IMG/VR virus record: IMGVR_UViG_3300028568_000061
DNA from: a virus
Reading direction: 5' to 3' (one strand)
DNA length: 22,214 nt
Below the pieces are notes generated by a model. It ran no database searches and was not told where the DNA came from. It saw nothing but the letters and a program-made list of their open reading frames with translations. This document shows, piece after piece, positions 14,704-22,214 of the stretch (the first letter of the stretch is position 1; each line of letters opens with the position of its first letter). A program made the translations under genes and the position numbers.

Positions 14704-15118
14704 TAGTGGGAAAAAGGCCAATTATACTGGGCAGCGCGCCGAGTCGGTAATTGCCTGTATTCTAAAAGAACGTGGATATAAGTTTGAAAGGCAACACAAA
14801 GTTGGACTAAGTATATTTGAACATCCGATCCGGTGTGATTTTTTGGTATACGACATGCCAGAATTTCCGGACGGGCTGATTATCGAGTCAAAGTGGCAAG
14901 GAAGTGGGGGATCGGTAGATGAAAAGTATCCATATCTGGTACTAAACATCAAAGAAGTGTTTCCGTGCCCCACTATCATCGTACTTGATGGCGGCGGGTC
15001 AAGGCCTGGTGCCGTGAAGTGGTTAAAAGGGCAGGTAGATAGAGAGAGACTTTACGGGGTTTACAGTTTAGGAGAGTTTTTATTGTGGATGAACGAAGAT
15101 GTTTCAGATCCTATTTAA
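14696..15118 (+). CDS. PD-(D/E)xK nuclease (restriction-endonuclease-like)
   Basis: GQRAES, RCDFLV, IIESKWQGSGGSVDEKYPY, IIVLDGGG motifs; overlaps the MTase stop; RBS GAGGAG. Confidence 0.75.
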   Translation: MNDSGKKANYTGQRAESVIACILKERGYKFERQHKVGLSIFEHPIRCDFLVYDMPEFPDGLIIESKWQGSGGSVDEKYPYLVLNIKEVFPCPTIIVLDGGGSRPGAVKWLKGQVDRERLYGVYSLGEFLLWMNEDVSDPI

Positions 15119-15160
15119 GAGGAAAAAATTAGAAAAAACGATACCTAAACTCCGCCCAAC

Positions 15161-15176
15161 AAATACCTTTTTAAGG
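15161..15176 (+). promoter_or_regulatory. Possible late promoter TATA-like element
   Basis: AAATACCTTTTTAAGG in the gap upstream of the lysis/packaging genes. Confidence 0.4.
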
Positions 15177-15214
15177 CACGCCGTCTAAATGTGCCACAGA
15201 TATAACGAGGAACC

Positions 15215-15721
15215 ATGAGCATCATGTCTATAATTAAACGCCTGATCCAGGCGATAATATCTCTCTTTAGAGAGCCCCCCTCAGATCCTCTCGCGCCATC
15301 CGGAACGCCCGGGGTAACAGCGCCAGTTAGCGACCTAGATATCATCGGCCTGTACACGCATTACAGCCCAAACGATCCATCAGAATGCACCCCATACAAC
15401 AACGTCGACCCCAACAGGTACCCGGATGTCTGGGTGGTGGGGGTCGAGACCGCGCCCGGGGTCCCGGGGAAACATCACATCATAGGCCTAGAGGTTGACG
15501 GATACCAGGTGCCGCAGGAGGATGTGCGGTCCATCAACAGCCCAGAGCACTCCCGCGATCTCAGGATCGCAACCATACGGTATCCGAGATACGACCGGTA
15601 TCGGCAGCCGGGACTTCACAAGGTGAACGTCCTCGTCGGCCGGCCTACCGCCGACGGTAGGGGGACGGAATGGATTAGGAAAGTGCCGTATACGATCAGG
15701 ACGGTGAAAGATGACAATTGA
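15215..15721 (+). CDS. Hypothetical protein: N-terminal amphipathic helix, Pro-rich linker, beta-rich domain
   Basis: MSIIKRLIQAIISLFR then PPSDPLAPSGTPG; RBS GAGG. Confidence 0.65.
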   Translation: MSIMSIIKRLIQAIISLFREPPSDPLAPSGTPGVTAPVSDLDIIGLYTHYSPNDPSECTPYNNVDPNRYPDVWVVGVETAPGVPGKHHIIGLEVDGYQVPQEDVRSINSPEHSRDLRIATIRYPRYDRYRQPGLHKVNVLVGRPTADGRGTEWIRKVPYTIRTVKDDN

Positions 15722-15944
15722 GATTATTGACGTTATTCCGCCGCTTGTTACATTGGCGCTCGGATATGCCGCGGCGTATGCAGTATACCATCGCGTGAAA
15801 CAGGCATACGCAGAACTGGTTGATCTCCTGGTCGCCATCCGCGACGCGTGGGATGATAATACCGTCACGGACGAGGAATTCGACACCATCATCAACGAGG
15901 CGCGCGAATTCATCGCCGCCGCAAAAACGAGGGACGGCCTCTAA
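15711..15944 (+). CDS. Small single-TM membrane protein, holin-like
   Basis: Hydrophobic PPLVTLALGYAAAYAVY followed by a charged helix; 77 aa; upstream of terminase. Confidence 0.5.
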   Translation: MTIEIIDVIPPLVTLALGYAAAYAVYHRVKQAYAELVDLLVAIRDAWDDNTVTDEEFDTIINEAREFIAAAKTRDGL

Positions 15945-16432
15945 TGTCAGTGAAATTCAACCTCTATTTCAAGACATCAGAACTATACAGGCGAATTGTA
16001 CCACTGTTAGGCGAAATTCCTGGTTATTTCGTGTTCGACCTCAAAGTTGGAACTCCGGTCGTCCAGATCATCTCCGAGACCGATCCTCTGTGGATAGGTT
16101 TTCCGTTTCCTGTCAACGCCGGCGATGTCTATGTCTTTGATGACGATATCCTGGCAGGCGCGGCAGGTGGTGGCGGAGATATGCGGGCTAGTATCCGCAT
16201 ATCGCGCGGAGATCCAGACGATGTCGCGATAATGCGGATCTGGCACGAGTTACTTCACGCGATCGGCCAGCCGGCCGACGACATGGAACGCCTTGCGCCA
16301 GAGTGGCAGAAATGGTACGAACGGATACTCTGGCGAATATGGCCACATCTGTTTGGAACGCGGCACTGTCCGTTCTGGCACCGTAGGTTTTATGCGTGGT
16401 TGACCGAACGCGCGGAAGAGTGTGAAAAATGA
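15944..16432 (+). CDS. Zincin-like metallopeptidase (HExxH)
   Basis: RIWHELLHAIG motif; Trp-rich amphipathic C-terminal helix; TAATG coupling to the previous gene. Confidence 0.7.
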   Translation: MSVKFNLYFKTSELYRRIVPLLGEIPGYFVFDLKVGTPVVQIISETDPLWIGFPFPVNAGDVYVFDDDILAGAAGGGGDMRASIRISRGDPDDVAIMRIWHELLHAIGQPADDMERLAPEWQKWYERILWRIWPHLFGTRHCPFWHRRFYAWLTERAEECEK

Positions 16433-16471
16433 TCACTAACTGTCTACCATATATGTGTCCATAAACCAAAC

Positions 16472-16906
16472 ATGACAACTCGCGTCGAAGGACCAGGAAA
16501 CCCGATCAAACTCAAGGCCGCGGAACGCAGAATTAAGTCTCTCCGTCTCAGACAGAGAGGCCTCACATATGCGCAGATAGGCGAGACGCTCGGAGTCAGT
16601 AGTAAGACCGCGTATCGCGACGTCAAAAAAGAGTTAGAAAAAATACAAAAGACCTGCGCAGAAGAGGCCGAACTTGTCCGCGAGATCGAGCTCCGGAGAC
16701 TCGATGAACTATGGAGTGTGGCAAACGTTGCCGCGTTGAACGGCGATCTTAAGGCGATTGACCGGTGTCTCCGCATCCAGGAACGGCGCGCAAAACTGTT
16801 AGGTCTCGATGCTGCCGAGTCGGTGGCGGTAAGACATAGTGGCGAAATTACAACCTGGTTAGATCTCTATGCAGTGGCAGACCGAGCGCAACCTAACACC
16901 GAATGA
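16472..16906 (+). CDS. terS: Terminase small subunit
   Basis: HTH RGLTYAQIGETLGVSSKTAYRDV; RCLRIQERRAKLLGLD motif; overlaps terL. Confidence 0.8.
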   Translation: MTTRVEGPGNPIKLKAAERRIKSLRLRQRGLTYAQIGETLGVSSKTAYRDVKKELEKIQKTCAEEAELVREIELRRLDELWSVANVAALNGDLKAIDRCLRIQERRAKLLGLDAAESVAVRHSGEITTWLDLYAVADRAQPNTE

Positions 16907-18305
16907 GGCGCAGACAATACTCGATCGCGGCGCTGCGGATCCGGTATGGTGGATCCACGAAGTCTTAGGCGACACCATGTGGCACGAGCAAGCCAGGATC
17001 GCCGAATCCGTCCGCGACAATCCTGAAACCGCCGCAAGATCGTGTCACGGTGCCGGTAAGTCGTTTGTCGCCGCAAGAGTGGCATTATGGTTCCTGATGA
17101 CTCATCGACCATCTATCGTGATCACGACCGCGCCTACTGACCGGCAGGTCCGCGGCATCCTGTGGAAAGAGATCCGGTCGGCACACGCGCGGGCCAAAAA
17201 ACCTCTCGGCGGTACTGTCCTCACTCAAGAATTGCGACTCGCCGAAAACTGGTTTGCCTGGGGGTTTACGGCACCGGAATACGATCCCGACAGGTTCCAG
17301 GGGTTCCACGAGGTGAACATCCTTGTGATAGTTGATGAGGCGTCCGGTGTATCGCAGGAGATATACGAGGCGATCGACTCCATCCTCACCAGCGAACATG
17401 CACGCCTTCTCCTCATCGGCAATCCGACCAATCCTGTAGGCCGGTTTGCCGACGATTTCAAGGTCCCTGGTGTCGCGAAACACGCCATCGCGTGCACCGA
17501 TACGCCGAATTTCACCGCGTTTGGTATCACGCGCGACGATATCCTCGACGGCACATGGTCATCCAAAATTGATGGACCTCTACCGGCACCATACCTGATC
17601 ACACCACAATGGGCCTCGAAGATGGTCACGCGATGGGGCGAGGACTCGCAGTTCGTGCAGTCACGTGTGTGGGGTGAGTTTCCGACCGCCGGCACCGACA
17701 CACTCATACCTCTCCACTGGATCGAGCAGGCCGTCCAACGCGATCTTGTGCCTGGCGCACCAAACGAGTTAGGTGTGGACGTTGCCAGGTTTGGATCCGA
17801 CGAGACCGTGATCGTGCACCGCCGCGGACCGGTGGCACGGATCTGGAAAGCGTTCTCTCAAAAGGATACGATGACCACCACCGGTGAAGTAATGGCCGCA
17901 CTTCGCGATACCGGTGCCTCGGCCGCAAAAATTGATGCCGTCGGTATAGGTGCCGGTGTGTACGACCGGTTACGCGAACAAAACGCGCCTGCCATCGAGA
18001 TGCAGAGTGGTGCCGCGGCATCTAACTCGGAGAGATTTGCCAACGCCCGGGCGGAATGGTGGTGGGGTCTGAGAGAGAGGTTTGAGGCCGGCGATATCGA
18101 TATCGAGGACGATGACGACCTCACCGCACAACTGGCGAGTATCAAGTACAAAACCAACAGCCGCGGCCAGGTCTTGATCGAGTCAAAAGACGAGATGAAA
18201 AAACGCGGTCTCTCAAGTCCTGATCGCGGTGACGCATTGATGCTCGCGTTTGCACACGTTGAACAACCACAGGGTCTTGCGTTTGGATCAGTTAGTAGGA
18301 GGTGA
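16869..18305 (+). CDS. terL: Terminase large subunit
   Basis: Walker A SCHGAGKS, Walker B VIVDEASG, coupling GNPT, nuclease GVDVARFGSD and PDRGDALMLAF. Confidence 0.95.
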   Translation: MQWQTERNLTPNEAQTILDRGAADPVWWIHEVLGDTMWHEQARIAESVRDNPETAARSCHGAGKSFVAARVALWFLMTHRPSIVITTAPTDRQVRGILWKEIRSAHARAKKPLGGTVLTQELRLAENWFAWGFTAPEYDPDRFQGFHEVNILVIVDEASGVSQEIYEAIDSILTSEHARLLLIGNPTNPVGRFADDFKVPGVAKHAIACTDTPNFTAFGITRDDILDGTWSSKIDGPLPAPYLITPQWASKMVTRWGEDSQFVQSRVWGEFPTAGTDTLIPLHWIEQAVQRDLVPGAPNELGVDVARFGSDETVIVHRRGPVARIWKAFSQKDTMTTTGEVMAALRDTGASAAKIDAVGIGAGVYDRLREQNAPAIEMQSGAAASNSERFANARAEWWWGLRERFEAGDIDIEDDDDLTAQLASIKYKTNSRGQVLIESKDEMKKRGLSSPDRGDALMLAFAHVEQPQGLAFGSVSRR

Positions 18306-18310
18306 TATCA

Positions 18311-18640
18311 ATGACAACATTCCGTGAAAAACTCATCACATGGCTCGCGACACTACTCGGCATCGAATTGCCGGTCCGCGAAACCATTATACCTGCATCG
18401 CCAGTAGAATATGTCACAACACTTGATGACGATCCGCAACACATCTATGTCTGGATCATGCGGCCAGAGGCGTCGGATTCCGCAATGGCCGCCATTGCCG
18501 AAGACTTATCCAGGCGCAACCTCAAGTCACTGCACCTGTTTGTCCGCGAGATTGCAGACGTTCGCAGGATGCTGCCCGGCGAGGCAAAAGAGTATCTGGT
18601 GCCGATCATCGAAAAATACAGGGAGGAAGGATGGCTGTAA
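18311..18640 (+). CDS. Hypothetical protein between terL and portal
   Basis: ATG 18311 after RBS GGAGGTGA; N-terminal amphipathic helix; overlaps the portal start. Confidence 0.65.
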   Translation: MTTFREKLITWLATLLGIELPVRETIIPASPVEYVTTLDDDPQHIYVWIMRPEASDSAMAAIAEDLSRRNLKSLHLFVREIADVRRMLPGEAKEYLVPIIEKYREEGWL

Positions 18641-21201
18641 TTACGCCCGGTCTCGACCGTCGAGGCCTGATGACGTTCAACGGCGTGACAGGCCGGGGTC
18701 GCGGTCCCGCGGGCCAGGACTTTTCATCATCAATATTTTATAATGCGTCGCGTGGCGTGCCGCGATACGAAGATCTACTGACGATCCGCGTCCTCTCACA
18801 GACGCATACGGTATCGGTACCTCTGGATACAATTAAAGGCCAGGTGACCACCACCGAATGGACGGTTGCGCCGACCGTCGACAAACCTACATCCAGACAC
18901 AACGCGGCGTGCGACGAGATCGTTGAATTCCTCGACGGCGGTTTCAACTCCAATCCGTCAACATTTGACAGTCTCTGCAAAGAGTGGTTGAACGACATCC
19001 TCTCTATTGACGCCGGTGTCCTCGAACTGGTCCCGGGCGATGACGGGTTCCTCGCAGAGATATATCCGCGTGACGGCGCGACGTTCACCAAAAATCCTGA
19101 CCGGTACGGCCGTCTGCCACCACCAGGATCTGATACACCTGCGTATTGGCAGGTAGGCGCGCAGGCCGGAGGTGTGTTCCGAGGCACGTCGCTGTGGAAC
19201 AACGAAGGTCTTCCGGCGATGGACAGTCTGATACAACACGACCTCGCGCTGGCAGGTATGCTCGGGTATCGTGCCATCGAGCCGATACCGTTCTCACGCG
19301 ACCAGATCGTGTGGATCGAGGAAAATCCGCAGACGTGGCGTGCATACGGATACAGTCGTATCCAAAAAGTGCAACGCCTGGTCGAGATCCTGATCAACCA
19401 GGACGTTTCCAACCTCAAATATTTCCCGGCCAACGAGGTGCCGGAAGGCGCTCTTAACCTCGTCGAGGCAAACCAGACCGAGATCGAGAGGTTCCGCGAA
19501 TACTGGTCGAGCGAGATCGCCGGGAAACCACACAAAATGCCGATCTTAGGCGCAAAAAACATCCAGTGGATACCGTTCCGCGCATCACCGCGCGAACTCG
19601 AATTCCTGGCATCGCAGGAGTGGTATAACAACCTCGTGTGGATGGCGTTTGGTCTGGCGCCGTCCGAGGTCGGATACGTCCAGGACGTAAACCGGTCGAC
19701 CGCACAGGAGATGGCGGAGGCGGTCTGGCGAAAAACGACGTTGCCTCTCCTCGAACTCCTGCGAAACGCCATCAACAGGTTTATCCTACCGTTCCTCGAA
19801 CAGTACTGGGACGTCGACGGAGAGGTCGAGTTTGTATGGGATCCGCATAATCCGGTGATCGACCGTCAACGCAGACTCGAACAGGAAAACGATCTGAGAC
19901 ATGCACTCACAACGCCGAACCGTGTATTACTCGCACGCGGCGAGGATCCGGTGGCGTGGGGCGACATGCCTCTCACACTCATCGATTCGTTGGCAAGACT
20001 GTATCCGGAATGGTTTGCAGGTGAGATCTGTGGTATCGAGAACGTGCCGGAATCGATCTACGGTGGTAGTATGTTGTTATCGGCGACCAACCCAGTCACC
20101 AAAACCGTGGCAGAGATGGTCAAGGCCGGCCGGCGACCGGATCCAAACGACGAACCGGATGAATGGCGGTCGCGGATAGACGCACTACACCGTCGTGTCC
20201 AAGGCGTGTTTGATGACACTCTCCAAAACCTCCGACAAGTCGTCGAGTCAGTGTTTCCGCAGGAAGTTCCGGACGGTGATGCCGAGTCGGTGGTCGATAT
20301 CGACTCCGTCGTCGATCAGATCAGTATCGCAGACCAACTGATCGCAACCACCGCGGCACCGAGGGCAGACGCGTTTGTCGCCGGTATCGACCGCGAACGC
20401 AAACTCCTCGAGGACGCACTCGAGTCGCGTGTCGGAAAGAGCCTGTACCGCGTCCAGATCACAAAAGAGTTTGATCCGACCAAAACCATCGCCTACAAAC
20501 TCCTCCAGCAACGTGCCGCGCGGAACATGCGTGGTGTCGAGGACAGCGTCAAGGATCTCGTTCGCAACACGCTCACGCGTGTGGTCGAAGACGGCGGCAA
20601 TGTAACTGACGCCTGGCAGGCGTTACAACGTGACGTGCCTGAGATGACCAGTGCGCACGCCAGACTCGTTGCGCGGACCGAGATCCTGGGAGCACAGAGG
20701 TATGGTAAACAGGCACTCGGCGAAGAGGTGGAACACATACTCAAAGGCAAGGTGTGGAGGTCGCGCAAAATTCCTGGCCGAACCAGACCGTGGCACAGTG
20801 TGATGGACGGCGTTACGGTGCCGGTTCGCGAATCGTGGACGGTGCCTGCCGGCGTTGCGCCGAACCAGCCAAAAGACTATCCAAAACAGGCCTACGTTGT
20901 CGGTGAGGATCAACCATACAACTGCATGTGCGACCAGAGGCTTGCACTCGCAGACGATCTACCGGTCTCGGCGCAGGAACTGCGGGCGGTGAAAGATGTA
21001 TCGATTGAACCACTCACAAAACAGGCTGAGATTCTGTTAGATCATGCACTACCTCACGAGTCGTTGCCAGATTGCCTGGCTCGACTGGAGAAAGAGATGT
21101 CGCGAACACAACTCGCGAAACATCTCGGCATCAGCAAAGCCACTCTTTATGAGTGGTTGAGGCAGGCCGACGAACAAACACTTAATACCAAACAGGAGTG
21201 A
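18631..21201 (+). CDS. Portal protein fused to MuF (SPP1 gp7-like) domain and a C-terminal HTH
   Basis: Portal motifs (GYSRIQKV, YFPANEVPEGAL, MAFGLAPSEVG, TTPNRVLLARG); MuF ARLVARTE...KVWRS...RTRPWH..MDG...NCMC; terminal SRTQLAKHLGISKATLYEW. Confidence 0.85.
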   Translation: MAVITPGLDRRGLMTFNGVTGRGRGPAGQDFSSSIFYNASRGVPRYEDLLTIRVLSQTHTVSVPLDTIKGQVTTTEWTVAPTVDKPTSRHNAACDEIVEFLDGGFNSNPSTFDSLCKEWLNDILSIDAGVLELVPGDDGFLAEIYPRDGATFTKNPDRYGRLPPPGSDTPAYWQVGAQAGGVFRGTSLWNNEGLPAMDSLIQHDLALAGMLGYRAIEPIPFSRDQIVWIEENPQTWRAYGYSRIQKVQRLVEILINQDVSNLKYFPANEVPEGALNLVEANQTEIERFREYWSSEIAGKPHKMPILGAKNIQWIPFRASPRELEFLASQEWYNNLVWMAFGLAPSEVGYVQDVNRSTAQEMAEAVWRKTTLPLLELLRNAINRFILPFLEQYWDVDGEVEFVWDPHNPVIDRQRRLEQENDLRHALTTPNRVLLARGEDPVAWGDMPLTLIDSLARLYPEWFAGEICGIENVPESIYGGSMLLSATNPVTKTVAEMVKAGRRPDPNDEPDEWRSRIDALHRRVQGVFDDTLQNLRQVVESVFPQEVPDGDAESVVDIDSVVDQISIADQLIATTAAPRADAFVAGIDRERKLLEDALESRVGKSLYRVQITKEFDPTKTIAYKLLQQRAARNMRGVEDSVKDLVRNTLTRVVEDGGNVTDAWQALQRDVPEMTSAHARLVARTEILGAQRYGKQALGEEVEHILKGKVWRSRKIPGRTRPWHSVMDGVTVPVRESWTVPAGVAPNQPKDYPKQAYVVGEDQPYNCMCDQRLALADDLPVSAQELRAVKDVSIEPLTKQAEILLDHALPHESLPDCLARLEKEMSRTQLAKHLGISKATLYEWLRQADEQTLNTKQE

Positions 21202-21210
21202 TACAAAACC

Positions 21211-22214
21211 ATGACAGTATCTGCGTCCGGAGTAATTATCTCCGATCAAACGTATGGCACAACGATCGCCGCAGGCCAGGCGGTATACCTAAAATCTGAT
21301 GGCAAATGGTATCTTACCAAGGCAGACAATCCTGCAACTTCAAATGGTGATCTGGCCATTGCACTGGATTCTGGGTCCGCGGGGACAAAAGGGCGGCTCG
21401 TGAAATTAGGATACGTTGCAAACACGGCATGGAACTTTACGCCGGGTGTACCAATTTACCTATCATCAGCCACAGCCGGCGGACTGACCTCAACCAGACC
21501 GACCGGTATTGGAGCGGTAATACGTGACGTAGGTTCCGCCGCCGACACCACGACCATCTATTTCGAGCCGTCGCCGGCATTGCCACCAGTCGCGGCGGTT
21601 GAAGGTTTAACCGCCAACAAAGGCGATCTGATAGTTGGACTGTCTGGTGCGTGGTCAACGTTGTCGGCATCAGGCGATCCGTGGGCCCAGGTGTACCAAA
21701 ACCCGGCTGATGAAAAAGGCTTGACGTGGCGACCGGAGGTCCCAGATCTCCTTAACCGCATAGTCTATGAGACAGACGGCGCCGGAAAAACTCTGGAAAT
21801 TCACCAGGTCTATATCCCGCGGTTTGTGACGCAAGGGTTGCCTGACGCGAATCTGAACGGTATTCTGTGTGGAGACTTTTGGATCGATAAATATTTGGCC
21901 TGTCAACACGATGCCAGCAACACTTCGCGCGGCACGGTCACACCGAATAGTCCTGGGAACAACGGTGCGGCATCTAAACCCCACGTTGTGCCGTGGACTG
22001 ACATCAACTGGTATAATGCCAAAATAGCAGTTGAGAACCGTGGAGGCGCGAATAACCGCAAGAGTGGTGCATGTACTGCATTGAGTGAGGCAAGTCCGTC
22101 GGCGTTTTACGTTCAAGAGATTTCACACCTAATCGGGAAACGGGTCTATATTACACAAGGTGGCGCGAAATATGTCCGGCGGATCGTTCGAACAGGCGGT
22201 AATGTTGATGCCGA
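21211..22214 (+). CDS. Head fibre/decoration-like protein with a C-type-lectin/FGE-like domain (3' truncated; absent from the ORF track)
   Basis: Hand-translated 334 open codons from ATG 21211: IAAGQAVYLKSDGKWY...FTPGVPIYLS...AGGLT (capsid-cement-like) then VYIPRF...FWIDKY...SKPHVVPWTDINWYNAK (FGE-sulfatase/CLec-like). Confidence 0.7.
   Translation, partial: MTVSASGVIISDQTYGTTIAAGQAVYLKSDGKWYLTKADNPATSNGDLAIALDSGSAGTKGRLVKLGYVANTAWNFTPGVPIYLSSATAGGLTSTRPTGIGAVIRDVGSAADTTTIYFEPSPALPPVAAVEGLTANKGDLIVGLSGAWSTLSASGDPWAQVYQNPADEKGLTWRPEVPDLLNRIVYETDGAGKTLEIHQVYIPRFVTQGLPDANLNGILCGDFWIDKYLACQHDASNTSRGTVTPNSPGNNGAASKPHVVPWTDINWYNAKIAVENRGGANNRKSGACTALSEASPSAFYVQEISHLIGKRVYITQGGAKYVRRIVRTGGNVDA

Larger units (their letters stand above)
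1..22214. mobile_element. Tailed archaeal virus (Caudoviricetes) genome segment: tail, early/accessory, packaging and head modules
   Basis: TerL with Walker A/B and RNase H motifs, TerS, portal-MuF, tail genes, Hjc-like resolvase, archaeal TATA boxes and GGAGGTG RBSs; dense, almost unidirectional gene packing; no host housekeeping genes or att-like junction seen. Confidence 0.93.

Noticed and set aside
18738-19775. Long minus-strand ORF (345 aa) and similar antisense ORFs across the window
   Set aside because: Shadow frames of GC-rich genes (portal, terL, Dam); Ser/Arg-rich translations with no motifs

Overview
The whole window looks like part of a tailed archaeal virus (Caudoviricetes) genome. 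The likely host is a methanogen; a Methanomicrobiales-like host is my inference from GGAGGTG ribosome-binding sites, archaeal TATA boxes, a DUF2080 domain, an Hjc-like resolvase and an FxLYD lipoprotein. Order: end of the tail module (1-3356); one reverse-strand lipoprotein gene (3357-3728); a long early/accessory operon of small genes behind two near-identical promoters (3961-11869), including a Myb+KOW protein, DUF4406, an HsdM-like protein without its catalytic motif, zinc fingers and Hjc; a ~960 bp structured, mostly non-coding control region with helically phased GATC/A-tract repeats and palindromes (11870-12834); an RHH protein, a ParB-Dam fusion and a PD-(D/E)xK nuclease (12835-15118); a candidate lysis trio including an HExxH peptidase (15215-16432); terminase small and large subunits; a portal-MuF-HTH fusion; and a truncated head-fibre-like gene with a C-type-lectin/FGE-like domain (21211 to the window end). 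I recognised no host genes, integrase, helicase, primase, polymerase, tRNA or CRISPR array. Best leads: two of the three TAG-terminated genes stay open in frame past TAG up to the next gene (possible amber readthrough); a GATC-centred regulatory architecture next to a virus-encoded Dam-family methylase; and a possible lysis cassette for an S-layer-walled host. Family assignments come from motif recognition by eye, with no database searches.
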